A DNA stretch of 64,000 nt, taken from positions 621,281-685,280 of the forward strand of contig NIVC01000309.1 in the NCBI GenBank assembly GCA_002269645.1. Reading direction: 5' to 3'. Shown one piece after another: positions 14,175 through 26,835 of this stretch (its first letter is position 1; each line of letters begins with the position of its first letter). The notes under the pieces are model-generated. The model saw nothing but the letters and a program-made list of their open reading frames with translations. It was not told where the DNA came from and ran no database searches. This DNA is from Macrostomum lignano. Its lineage: Eukaryota. Position numbers and translations under genes: made by a program.

Positions 14175-14520
14175 TTGATTCAAGGTCATCCTCTATCATG
14201 TATACGACACGCAAGGGGTGTATGCGTGATTTAAGGTCATCCTCTATCATGTATATGGCACGCAAGGGGTGCGTGCGTGATTCAAGGTCATCCTCTATTA
14301 TGTATACGGTATGCAAGGGGTGTATGCGTGATTCAAGGTCATCCTCTATCATGTATATACGGCACGCAAGGGGTGCATGCGTGATTTAAGGTCATCCTCT
14401 ATCATGTATACGGCACGCAAGGGATGCATGCGTGATTCAATGTCATCCTCTATCATGTATATACGGCACGCAAGGGGTGCATGCGTGATTCAATGTCATC
14501 CTCTATCATGTATACGGCAC
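14175..14520 (+). repeat. About 51-53-bp minisatellite, about 7 copies
   Basis: Unit GCGTGATTCAAGGTCATCCTCTATCATGTATACGGCACGCAAGGGGTGTAT; unit starts at 14224 and 14275. Confidence 0.93.
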
Positions 14521-15585
14521 GTGGGGGGTCACTAATTTCTACCTCGTAAATGAATTACGTGTACTTTCAATTAGAAGATCGCACTTCAAATTCTCTATCT
14601 AAACGACAGTCGATTTTCACTGACAGTGTAACGTAATGGTACTCGTAAAACCGAATAATTCGTTCTAATTAATTGTATTATTATAATAATTAGTAATTAT
14701 TTACTACAATAAAGAAATAATAGCAAGAAGATTGACGCAGACAGGACAGACGGCCGGGATATTTGAACTCGCATAAAGCCGACTCAGCGTCGAATTCAAC
14801 GCTAAAGCCACTTTGGAGTTAATTCAATTTGTCCTCCACCCCTCATGGATTTATATATTGGCGAATATCTTTCAGAACTTCGCATCTACGTCCCTAAGGA
14901 TAGTTTATTCTATATAAGCTTCATCTCTTCTCTTCAATCTCCTGCAGCCTCTCTCTGTCCGTCTCTCCGCTGTCCCTCCTACCGTTTCACTCGATGCTTC
15001 TTTGCCCCGACGCTCAAGAGAAGATCTGGTTGCCGAGCGTTCGAGATGCACTCAACAAAATTGTGGCCCGATCAAGACGAGGGCGGGGGCGGGCAGCCCT
15101 CAGGAGCCACGCAATGCAGGCTTTGAGCCTCCCTGCGACAGTCGAACTTGAAGGATATCTTCCCCCCTTTTGCGTCAGGCCTCCTTGCCTTTCTTCTCTC
15201 TATCCCCTGGACAAGCCGCTCTCGAACTGATCCTGTGTACCAATACTTCCGAGAGGTCCGCCTGAGGCGGGTCGCTTCACTCAATAGCAGTCAGCAGGGG
15301 GCTAAAAGCTCTGCGAGTTCCGCAGCATAAATCTAGCTAGTCGTCCAGTTCAGTTAGACAGACTCAAGGACCTCTGCGATATATTGCCATGGATGGAAGG
15401 AACTCGGCTTTTGTGATTAAATAATGTACAGACGGCAATGTTTTTACTGATCAGATAAAATTCCAAGCATTCACGAGTTACTTTGAGAAGGGTCTTGAAT
15501 TTTTAACGCATTTCAGACACAGATTTGTTTTACTAACGAAGTATAAACAAACAAACAAATAAAGATATCCAAATACCAGGAGAAA

Positions 15586-15616
15586 CAGACAGACAGACAC
15601 TAAGACAGACAGACAG

Positions 15617-15707
<91 letters not shown>

Positions 15708-15734
15708 CTAAGACAGACAGACAGACAGACGGGC

Positions 15735-15799
<65 letters not shown>

Positions 15800-15840
15800 C
15801 ACAGACAGACAGACACACAGACAGACAGACATACAGACAC

Positions 15841-15871
<31 letters not shown>

Positions 15872-15872
15872 C

Positions 15873-15903
<31 letters not shown>

Positions 15904-15924
15904 CACAGACAGACAGACAGACAC

Positions 15925-15979
<55 letters not shown>

Positions 15980-15980
15980 C

Positions 15981-16066
<86 letters not shown>
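15586..16066 (+). repeat. (GACA)n microsatellite
   Basis: Directly visible. Confidence 0.98.
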
Positions 16067-16070
<4 letters not shown>

Positions 16071-16893
16071 GCCGATTCTAGCAAGTTTGTCAGCGACAGG
16101 GACGACTCAGTTAGATTCGGGACAGCTAAGTACCGTAATTAGTTGCACCTGGTAGGGCATTGGACAGAACGACTTATTCTCAAGGAAAGAAACCCTTCGG
16201 CTGGAAAACATGATGTTCTAGCGAGCTCAAACTTCAAAAGATGTTTTTAATCATTTTTTAAAGAAATAAATCATTACCCAAGACACGTACACTGCAATTT
16301 GCCAACTGCACACCTTTTTATCTTTAAATAAAAACTTACAATATATTTAACAAATAAAAATGCGGCTGTTTTACCAACGACTATAATAACGTACAGTTGC
16401 ACCGTTGCATACAAAAACTTCATAAATGCGAGTATTACAGGGTACCCATTGCGTCGCATCCGCTGTACATTATCGTGCGTACGCTCGTATATTGATACAA
16501 ATATTTCAGGGTATTACAAATAATAAAAATTGTTATGTTATATGCTATTTTTATGGATATTTTACAAGTAAAAATTAAGAATAAATGAGCAGACCTAAAT
16601 AAAAAAAGGTTTGCCCTCCGTTCTCAACCTGTCTGGGCTGGTGGCTAATCTCAGAAAAAAATTAACTGCGACAGACTGCTCAGTTTTGTTAACAATGCGT
16701 GTTTTTCTGCTTAGCGAATTTAAATTGGCGCCAAAATAGTTTGAAAAAAGTTTTACACTGTCGGGTTTAAAGTTTACGTTTAGGGACCACTCTCGGCTCT
16801 GACTATCTCTATTGAAGTCCATTTGGGCTGGACTTTGGCACCAATTTAAATTTGCAGCTTGTTAAATAAATAAAAAACTAAACCAACTTCCGC

Positions 16894-17996
16894 TCACTCC
16901 ATTTTGATCTCCAACGGTTCAACGTTGCCTTCTCCATCGGACTTCAGCGAAGCGAACGACACACGAGACTTCCTCAGCTGCTCAGATCGTTGAGTCGCAT
17001 TCTTGAATGCCTGCTCGCCAGCCTGCTCAACTCGAGCTCGGACCAACTCAATCATCTTCTCCGTGGCGATGCTCATGTAGATGTTGTCGTTGTCTTCCAG
17101 CTTTAGACTGAGCGGAGAAGCGTCACCTGTCACCTCCATCCAGGGACAGATGCCTTGGGGCGGCGAGGTAGCGGGCGGGTTCTCATGACCCACTATCCGA
17201 AATTCATGACCCAACCATCCTCAATTCATGACCCAGCATCCACAATTCATGACCCACCATCCACAATTCATGACCCACCATCCACAATTCATGACCCACC
17301 ATCCACAATTCATGACCCACCATCCAGAATTCATGACCCACCATCCACAATTCATGACCCACCATCCTCAATTCATGACCCACCATCCACAATTCATGAC
17401 CCACCATCCACAATTCATGACCCACCATCCACAATTCATGACCCACCATCAAGAATTCATGACCCACCATCCCCAATTCTTGACCCTAAAAGACTCCATA
17501 GCAACCTACATGTCTCCACAACCTTACTGATCCCCTTAGCAACCAAACAGGTGTCTTAGCAACCGTGCAGCTCTACTTAGCAACCAAAATCGTTCCTACC
17601 TGGCCCGTAATTGCCGAAAGCGTCGCCGAAAGCTTCAACACCGTAGAAGCCGTCAAGGCAGTACTTGAGCCCCACACTGTTGCGCAGCCCCAGTCTGGCC
17701 GCGATGCTGCTGAATACTAGAGAAATTTTTATCGTGGCCTTAATTTTAAGCCGCAGAGTTCGAGTCCAACGATCCAGAATGATTGGCGCATACAGAGCGT
17801 TGCGTTTGACGCCGCACAGGTTCACAATCTGGCCGACGTGCATCTCGGAGTCGTGCCGCATCACGCGGAAGTTCAGCGTCACGTATTTGTGCCGATCGGG
17901 GCGGAGGCACATGCGGCACTGAGAGCGCAGCTCCACGTGCACCGGGTGACCGATGGGCCAGGACGTCTGCGGGCGGACCATCGGACTGACAGGCTG

Positions 17997-18045
<49 letters not shown>

Positions 18046-18048
18046 CTA

Positions 18049-18095
<47 letters not shown>

Positions 18096-18130
18096 AAGAC
18101 ACACAGACAGACAGACAGACAGACAGACAC

Positions 18131-18187
<57 letters not shown>

Positions 18188-18236
18188 TAGACAGACAGAC
18201 AGACACTAAGACAGACAGACAGACAGACAGACACTA

Positions 18237-18283
<47 letters not shown>

Positions 18284-18332
18284 TAGACAGACAGACAGAC
18301 ACTAAGACAGACAGACAGACAGACAGACACTA

Positions 18333-18383
<51 letters not shown>

Positions 18384-18410
18384 TAGACAGACAGACAGAC
18401 ACTAAAACAG

Positions 18411-18457
<47 letters not shown>

Positions 18458-19360
18458 GGCAGGCTGTGGCTGCCGCTAGGATAGTCGGTAATGCAGACGA
18501 AAAGAATTGGTTTTTCATTATTAATTATCGCTGTTTGTTTAATTTCGTTCTCAACGGTTGGATTGCTCAACTGTTTTAAGAATTTAATTTTGGCGCCACC
18601 GCGCGGTCTCGAGTCCCGAGCTGGCAGGGGGGGGGGCAGCCGCAGGCAGAAGAAGATTAAATGAATGATTTATTGCTATTCCGGTGGCAAAGCTTCGTGC
18701 GGCGAATCTGTTTTTTGGCGCCAATTTGAACTGCCTGGCTGGGATAAGCGAAAGTCTGAGGGAATTTTTTCCCTTGGCGACGAGCAGATGAAAAAACCAA
18801 CCGTCTAAAATCCCCCCCATATGATCGTCCAAGGAAGAGAGAGGGGCACAAAATTTCAAAGAAATTCCAGCCTTTGATGCTTAAATACACGGCAGTTCGG
18901 GAGCGGGGTAGCGGATTAATTAGAGCTCGAACTGCTGCTCGGAGTAGCGCAAAAATCCGCAAACCACACTGGGGAGAAATGAGACTGCGGGGGTTATTGC
19001 GAGGCAGGTTAAGCGGATTTAAAGGAACTGAAGCGAATGGCGCTGGGGAGAGGCACAAGCAGATCAGCTAACATAAGGTGTCATTAAGCCATGGGGCACC
19101 GCGATGAAAGAGGCGGATGAGAAGCCAGAGTTTTTCCTTGCAACTTCATAGGCTGTCAGTGAAATTCTGCTATGCAAACCATTTCAAACAAATCAAGCAG
19201 TCAATAAATGAATTCATTTGTTTGCATTTTAGAGCCGTGTTTCTATTTCTGCCAATCTATCCGCCTATCTATCTGCCTATCTATCTGCCTATCTATCTGC
19301 CTATTTATCTGCCTATCTATCTGCCTATCTATCTGCCTAACTATCTGCCTATCTATCTGC

Positions 19361-19410
<50 letters not shown>

Positions 19411-19768
19411 ATCTATCTACCAAAAACCAGTTGTCTCTCACCTCCGGCATTTCAGGGCAGACGTATTTATTGTGCTTTTCCTGCGAGCTGTTGTTGTGCC
19501 CAGCTACCAGCGGCTTTGCCTGACCCTGAGCCAGGTTTTGGTCACTGATGTCGATGTTATTGCTTGAGACTCCAGCCTCGTTTGCGGCGTTTTCTCGGCT
19601 GTCGATCAGGAGTTCAGAGTCGGTTCGATTGATTCCGATGTCGCCAACGCCGATTGAGAACGGCCTGCCGCAGTTGAGCTCGCCAAGCAGCTGCTGGCGC
19701 AGAAGGGACTGCGGAGTTGCTGACGCCGCAGTGGTCAGCGGACTGCTGATTCCGGATAGCGCCGTCAT
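16894..19768 (-). CDS. 326-aa protein with an internal SUMO-like (ubiquitin-fold) domain
   Basis: Exons 19768-19442, 17993-17600, 17153-16894 (981 nt, GT-AG, phases 0 and 1 consistent). [46 protein letters not shown] parallels SUMO [46 protein letters not shown]. Confidence 0.75.
17180..17480 (+). repeat. 21-bp intronic minisatellite (TTCATGACCCACCATCCACAA)n
   Basis: About 14 units in intron 2 of the SUMO-like gene. Confidence 0.95.
17996..18460 (+). repeat. (GACA)n intronic microsatellite
   Basis: As (TGTC)n on the transcribed strand it runs directly into the acceptor ctgtctcag| at 17993. Confidence 0.97.
19255..19420 (+). repeat. (CTATCTATCTGC)n / (CTAT)n
   Basis: Directly visible, next to the exon 1 donor. 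Confidence 0.93.
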
Positions 19769-20044
19769 GTCGATCGATGGAAAATCAGCAAACTATCGAC
19801 CTTCCAATTAATAGCGAACTTCACTTCAGAGAAACGTTGACTGGCTCGGTTGAAGACCATGCAAGTCAATTTCAAATAAATCATTTTTAAATTGCTAAAA
19901 GTGCTATCGATTTTGGCCATAGACTACTCGCTAACTTGTAGGTAATTTATCGTGCTGGAAAGTACTTTCGTTTCAAACGATGTAACTATATTAAGTTTGA
20001 ATAAATATACATTAGGTGCCTGACCGAAAATTGATTAATTTCAA

Positions 20045-20195
20045 CTGAATGATTGATTGATTGAATGATTGATCAATTGAATGATTGATTGATTGATTGA
20101 TTGACTGACTGACTGACTGATTGACTGACTGACTGACTGATTGATTGACTGACTGACTGACTGATTGATTGATTGATTGATTATTGATTGATTGA
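20045..20195 (+). repeat. (GATT)/(GACT)n microsatellite
   Basis: Directly visible. Confidence 0.93.
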
Positions 20196-21561
20196 GTAAA
20201 TTTTAACTCAGTGCTCCACGCATTATACGAGTATAGCTATCCCGGTTGAGCTACAAGTTCACAGAAAGGAATTAGAGGCATTTGAAGAGACTCATTCACA
20301 GTCGACGTGTGAATTTAAGAGGAGTCACGCGCCTTCACTCCAAATTGTTTCAGGGAAAATTCGCATTTCGCTGGTACATGTGAGCGATAATTATTCTTAC
20401 AAAATTGACACAGAGTCGTCTGAGGCTAATGGCGATTTGCATCATTCGATATCTTCCATCGGCTTTACGTCATCAAAGCCGAGATCATACAAAATTACAT
20501 ATTTAGCGTCGTACAGAAGCGTCCTACAGAAACTGCAGGCTTTTAATCGCTTTCAAAAAACGATTAACAGACAATCAAGCTACTGGATTAGTTTCAGCGA
20601 TATTCGCGCAGATTCGGGATTATCAACAGCTGGGTTTCATCCGAAGAGAGATAATCACAGGAAGTTATATACGTACTATACACTTTGATGTGAGGCCCGA
20701 AAATTTTCTGCTTTATAATGCGTGTAGCTATAAGAGCAGCTGGTGAATATATTTATGCTCGTAAAAATGGGATTTTCCCTATTTTTCTATTCGTTTAAAA
20801 TGACCGAAATTTTACTATGGCCACATGCCTGCCATCATCCGAAAGCATGGTGATCAATATAATACAGTATATACAGATCGAGAATGTTTGAGCTGTACAT
20901 GTAGTTAGCCATGGGCCAAGTTTACAAGTTTACATTTAATTCGACTTACGTTTTAACTAATTAGTTTGAATTTCAGTTTGCTTTACTTTCTTTGTTTAAT
21001 TACTTCTTCAATTTTAATTGTTCCCTCATTTAATTTTCACGAATTTTTTATCTTGCTCGACAACTAACGGGAAATTTTTAGCAATTTGTATAACGCTAAG
21101 TACAAATATACGAGCGTATATGCTAAACTTACAATAAAACAACAATGAAGCAGTAAAATTTGAGCAACAATTAAGCCATTTTAATTTTCCGCATTCGACT
21201 TCGAGTCCTTAATATCTTTAAATATGTCTACTCATAATAGTATATATAGCGCAAAAATCTGTCGGTCCTAAAACCGTCCGAAATTTCGATTTGTCAGCGT
21301 CTGCATGACCATATTCGGACGTACATAAGGAGTACTTGTGGACGAGGATAATTTGACGTCCGTCAGACGCAACTTTTTACACCGGGAAGTAAAGTACATC
21401 TACATGTGTACATTGGTTTATCTCCAGCTAGCCTTAGTTGTGTGGCTTTGGCCATAGACAATTGTACGCGTAACTGTTAACTGTATGCAAATATACTGAA
21501 GACGGCCACCGTGACTAAGCGGATTATTAAGCTAAGCCGATTTTCTATTAGAGATACAACA

Positions 21562-21579
21562 TGGCGTCGCAAGCAGGAT
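21562..21579 (+). promoter_or_regulatory. Primer-binding site, tRNA-Ser type
   Basis: TGGCGTCGCAAGCAGGAT directly after ..ACA (LTR end); complementary to a tRNA 3' end ..ATCCTGCTTGCGACGCCA, which resembles Ser tRNAs. Confidence 0.75.
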
Positions 21580-23162
21580 TAAACCACTGAGAAAATCATG
21601 GCCAGCAAGATCGACATTAAATCCGCACCGAAGTTCGACATCGAATCCCAGAAGCACCTATTTGCCCTATGGCAATCGATGTGGGAAGGATTCGAAGTGC
21701 TGTCTGGACTGACTGCAGTGGCAAACGAAGCCGAGAAGAAGAAACTGCGACTCTACACTCTACGGAACTGCCTCAGTCAGGAAACACTGAAGCTGGTGGA
21801 GAACCTGCCAAGCTTAAAGGACGAAGACAAGTCTGACGCGGATAAGATTTTGGAAGCTCTGAAGGCTTTCATAGTCGGTGAGATCAACGAACCTTATGAG
21901 AGAAGATAATTCTGGCTAAGAAGCCAACGCCCAGATGAGTGTTTCTCAGACTGGTTCGTCTGCCTGAAAGAATTGGCCACCAAGTGCAACTTGGGCAGAT
22001 GTTGCGACAACTGCGCGAAATTCATGCTTCGAGACAGGATCGTCACTGGCACGCGCGACACCAGCGTCGTCGAGAAGCTTCTTTAAGAAGGAAACGGGCA
22101 GACCCTGGAGACAGCCAAGCGCATCTGCGAATCTGCCAAGCACAAGAGTGTCGTCATCACGGAAGAGCACTCCGCGATGAATGCCCTGAGAGGCAAATCG
22201 GCGTTCAGGGACGAGGTCCGCGACGAGAGCAGCGCAGCAAATCAACTCAACGAGTGACACAATGCTCATTTTGCGGGAAGCAGCACGCTCCCACCAGACA
22301 GAATTGCCCAGCGTTCGGCAAAGAGTGTAAGAAGTGCGGGAGGAAGAATCACTTCGCGCAAATTTGCAAGTCAACGACAGAAAGGACGAGCAAGCCGAAG
22401 AACTTCTCACAAGCACAAGGCAACACAATCGCCTTAGTGATCTCAACGGTTAACGATGCGCTTGAGAAGATTGAAGTGACAGTGATAACAGGAGTCGGAT
22501 GCCGATGCGACCGGACACTGGGTCCAGTATAGACGCGATCCCAGCAGCCGAGTTGCCAAAGCTGAAGATCAAAGCAAAAGAGCTGGCAATGTCTATGGTA
22601 GTACCCACATGAGTCGATGGAAGACCAATTGAGAACTTGGGAACTACAAAAGTACTTCTGAAACTGGGCGACAAAGTGCTAGAGAAGGAGATTCTTCTAC
22701 TGAAGAATATCTCTGAAGCAATTCTATCCCGACAGACCTGCAAGCAGTTCGCGCTGATCCCACAAGAATTCCCTCACTATATGCACATGCACCAGATAAC
22801 CGGAGGCAGCACACCAAGTCACACCGATGCCGAGCAACTAATGTCCGAATACCCAGAGCTGTTCAAAGGTCAAGAGATGCACATGCCCTGAGAGGAATTC
22901 AAAATTAAACTAAAGACAATGACGAACCATTTGCCATCTCATGTCCAAGAAAGATCGCTGAACCCCTGAAGGACAAGCTGAAGGCCGAGTTGAACGAACT
23001 GGAGGAACAGGACATTATTGAACGCATCACCGAGCCGACAGAGTGGTGCGCCCCAATTACAGTTCAAAATAAGAAGGAATACGGAAAGATCCGACTCATG
23101 CGTCGATTTGAGGAACCTCAACAAATACGTGGTGCGTGAACGCTACATGAGCAGTACACCAC

Positions 23163-24413
23163 TTGAAATCGTCGAGATTACCACCAGGAGCAAGATTATT
23201 TACGAAGGTTGACGCTCTCAAAGGCTACCATCAAATCCCACTCGCAAAAGAATCACAGAACCTGACTACATTCATAACACCCTTCGGAAAATATAGGTAC
23301 AAGCGCGCCCCATTCGGAATCAGCTCGATCTGCGAACACTACAACAGAAGAATCGATGAAGCTCTCGAAGGTATGGAAAACGCCTACCATGTAGTGGACG
23401 ACATTTTAATTGCTCACTCGGACAAAGGGAAGCACATGGAAGCTGTCAGACAGTTCTTAGACAGATGCAAGAAGTTCAGAATTGCACTGAACCCCAATAA
23501 GTTTATCGTTGCGCAGCCTACAATCACATTCGCTGGATTCCGGCTCGATCACGATGGCTACTCTATCGATCCTGAGATATCAAATGCGATCCGAGAGTTC
23601 CCGACGCCAAGAAACTTAACAGACCTGCGATCCTGGTTTGGATTGATCAACCAGATCGGATCCTTCAGCAAAGCAGTTGCTGAGCAGTCACAACCGTTGC
23701 GCGACCTACTCAAGAGCAAGAATAAATTTGTCTGGGAAGAAGAGCATCACAGAGCATTCATTGCCATGAGGAAAGAATTAGCTACTGTTCCAACACTGGC
23801 GTATTATGATTCAAGCAGGCCTACGGCGCTACACACAGATGCGTCAAGACTCAAAGGTCTTGGTTTCCTGCTAAAACAGAGGCAGCGCGATGGCGCATGG
23901 AAGCCTGTACAAGCTGGATCAAGATTTCTCTCTGCTGCAGAAAGCAGGTACGCGATGATCGAATTGGAATTATTAGCTGTTGCCTGGGCCGCTAAGAAGT
24001 GCCACCTCTTCCTGGAAGGACTGCATCACTTTGAAATAGTGATCGACCACAAGCCATTGGAGCCCATTTTAAACGATTACACCCTGGACCAAGTCGACAA
24101 CCCGAGAATTCAGCGGCTGCGGCAAAAGCTCGACCGATTCTGCTTCACAGCTCGGTGGATCAAGGGCAAGCTAAATGAATACGCCGACGCACTGTCCAGA
24201 GCGCCGGTGGAGGAGCCTAAAGCGAGCGATCAGATCCTGGAATTCGACAACAGGGAGCAGGCTATCAGCTCAGTGCACGCTCTGTCGCAGTCGGAGAAAG
24301 AAATCTCCGAAGCAGCAAACCGTGATTCAGAATATCGGCTTCTTAAAAAGATAATCATAGATGGTTTTCCAAACTGCAAGGCGAACCTCCAAGAGAACAT
24401 CCGTGCGTACTAG
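23163..24413 (+). pseudogene. Gypsy pol fragment (RT-RNase H)
   Basis: 416-aa open stretch with RT and RNase H motifs, bounded by frameshifts and stops. Confidence 0.9.
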
Positions 24414-25207
24414 CACCTATGGCAACAACTCTGCGTCGAAGACGACCTCATCCTGGGTACTGATCCCGGCTACTGATCCCTAGGAAGCTAAGGAGAAGCG
24501 TCCTTGAAAATCTACTGAAGATGCATCAGGGATGCGTGTCTGAGTTCAGCATTGGCGCGCTTATATATGTGCTCAGGAATCGTCTCAATCCTGGTTATGG
24601 CCTATGGGACGATGTCGCCAAAGGCCTTGCGCCGGGAGCCCACAGACTTTAATCTTAACAACTCAACCCGAACGATTAACCCCAACCTAAATAAATTGTC
24701 GGTACTCCAATTGGGTCAGTCAAATGTCGGGAATTGCACTGATTTACGAAGCTTAGAGGGGAAGCGAAATCTCGTGCCTCTGATAACTGAAGTTTTACCA
24801 ATATCTTAACAGCTACAGAACTCAAAATCTATTTAATACTATAAAAAATCAAAGAATATGAATGAACGATTTTTTGAGCAAAGCATACGCACAGATTCAG
24901 TATGCTACTAAATATGCTACTAAAAAAAGACAAATGCATTTTTTGTAACAAAAAAGCAGTTCTGCAGTTTGTACAAAGGAAATGATAACATAATTAGCTC
25001 CAGTTGAAAAAAGGCAGTAAAAAGATGACAAACTAAAAAACTACCACGTAGCAAATATTGCATGGGAGATTAACGTGTTGTCACGATAAAACAAATGTGA
25101 TTAAAAGCTTAATTAAACTATTAAAAAGTAAATAAAATAAGACTTCTTTCAGCCCCCTTGAGTACAGCTTTAGCGTCCCTAGGGTTGCTGCCGATGGTGC
25201 TGATGCT

Positions 25208-25433
25208 CAGGGGCGTCGCCACGGGGGTAAACAGGGCGGCATCCCCCCACCGCACCTTGTGATCCGTTATGGAAATCAATAATTTTGCTTCGTGGCGCCA
25301 CAATATAGCGCCTTCGGCGCCCGAATGGAGGCCTGCGGCGCTAAAAAGTTGCTAGAAACACTGATTCCCAAATCAATGTAGGAATTTAAGTCATGCAGAA
25401 ATTTTCGCCCAAAAATCCATGGCGACGCCCCCG
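25208..25433. mobile_element. MITE-like element, TIR CAGGGGCGTCGCCA
   Basis: CAGGGGCGTCGCCA at 25208 and TGGCGACGCCCCCG ending at 25433 (13/14 match); no clear TSD. Confidence 0.55.
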
Positions 25434-25611
25434 CAGTGGTGCTCCTGACCCGGGCAACCCTTCAAATGAAACGGCAAATCAAATAAACAAAGCGCACCCC
25501 TCCAGTGAAAGATCTGGATGGCATGCCGAGTGGTTCCTTCAAACAATACGCGTATTTTGATACAGAATCACTAGAATTATCATGAAGTAGGAAATTATTT
25601 GAGCACAATCT

Positions 25612-26835
25612 TTACAGCGCCTGGCTGACACAAAACAGCAGCATTGAGACGGCCAATAGTATGGCCCACCGCCACCAGCAGCTCCAAGGCGACTCGAGCT
25701 GCAAGCCTTCAACTGTGTTGGCGTTGGCCAGCATTGGCTGCAGATATCGTCCAGAAACCAATACGTGAGCCAAGTCTGGCAGCATGAGGCCGGCATTTCT
25801 CGAGTGGTGCATGAAAGAAGCCAGCCTACTGGCTCGCACAGCCGCAGATGCCGGGTCGAACAGGTAGTGATCGGCGAATCCGCTGACCAGGTGCGACGCC
25901 GCTAAGCAGAACACAATTGACAACTTGACTCGATTGATAGCCGATTCGACATTGCACAGGTGCAATACTAGCGCGGCAACGATTAGCTCGCTAGCGTAAA
26001 AGTACATATGATGCCTAATAAGACTGTACATTGGCGTCTTCTCGTTCAGGTACATTAAATAGCTCCACCAGGAGTAATAGTTGGGATAGATGTTGAGCAA
26101 AGTTAGACAGACGAAAGCTGGACGAAGTTTACTGAGGCCGTGGCGCATGACAATGCAGGTGAGGCTCTCGACAGCTTTGTAACATAGCAGCGCCTGTGAT
26201 GATGATTTCATCATTAAATTATGCTTTGATTACAACAAGGGTGACCTTGGAGTGGCTTCAAATTCAAACACTTCATCATAAACTAGCAGTGCAATCAGAA
26301 AACACTCGCTGATTCTTAACCTATCCGTTCTATGTTGAAACTTGTTGTAGGTGACACTTGGTGATTCACAATTATCTCGTTTATGGGAGATATAGCAATT
26401 CACAATATCCCCCCTTTAAGGAAGATTTATCGATTCACAATATCCCCTTTATGGGAGATTTAACGATTCACAATATCCCCTTTATGGGAGATTTATCGAT
26501 TCACAAAAGCCCTTTTTATTCATAAAATACACAAGCACTATAAGATTGCACACCTGCAGCACAGTGAGGCAGTACATGGCCAATGTGCACCCATTGCTAT
26601 TCCAGTAAACGCTGTGATAGGCATGGTGTCCAGGCGTCTCTCTCGATCCCACGCTGATCGTGTCCCAGCACTCGCACCCAGCACAAGTGGCAAAGTCAAC
26701 TTCAGTTTTGGCAAATAAATGGCGAGTGGCAATGTGTTGAACAGCAGGGATGCCACATAGTAGTGTTATGGCTATTGCCATGGCAACTAGGGTAGGGCCA
26801 GTGTGGCCTAGCGTGGCGGCAGCGAGTCTCAGCAT
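25612..26835 (-). CDS. 287-aa multipass membrane protein of unknown function
   Basis: Exons 26835-26554 and 26193-25612 (phase 0, GT-AG); several hydrophobic helices; motifs CxCxCWDT..YHSVYWN, YPNYYSWWxY and LPDLAH resemble an uncharacterised invertebrate family (recalled, not searched). Confidence 0.8.

Larger units (their letters stand above)
21440..24540 (+). mobile_element. Decayed, 3'-truncated Ty3/gypsy LTR retrotransposon (Mag-like)
   Basis: gag from 21598 with in-frame stops and twin Cys/His knuckles (CSFCGKQH..CPAFGKECKKCGRKNHFAQIC); protease DTGSSIDAIP at about 22514; RT (FTKVDALKGYHQIPL, TTFITPFG, VVDDILI); RNase H (TDASRL..ADALSRAP); start of integrase (..KMHQG) then loss of homology near 24540. 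The 5' LTR start is uncertain and no 3' LTR is present. Confidence 0.93.

Noticed and set aside
14175-14520. CRISPR-like appearance of hairpin-containing repeats (also 31.8 and 53.8 kb)
   Set aside because: Units are contiguous with no unique spacers, no cas genes, and the context is eukaryotic.
14845-15330. Short GC-rich ORFs with an acceptor-like site near 14947
   Set aside because: No recognisable domain and no consistent exon chain; may be UTR or a fragment.
20380-20688. 102-aa ORF
   Set aside because: AT-rich, no motif, no splice support.
21400-24900. Paired LTRs for the gypsy element
   Set aside because: No downstream copy of the sequence preceding the PBS is visible.
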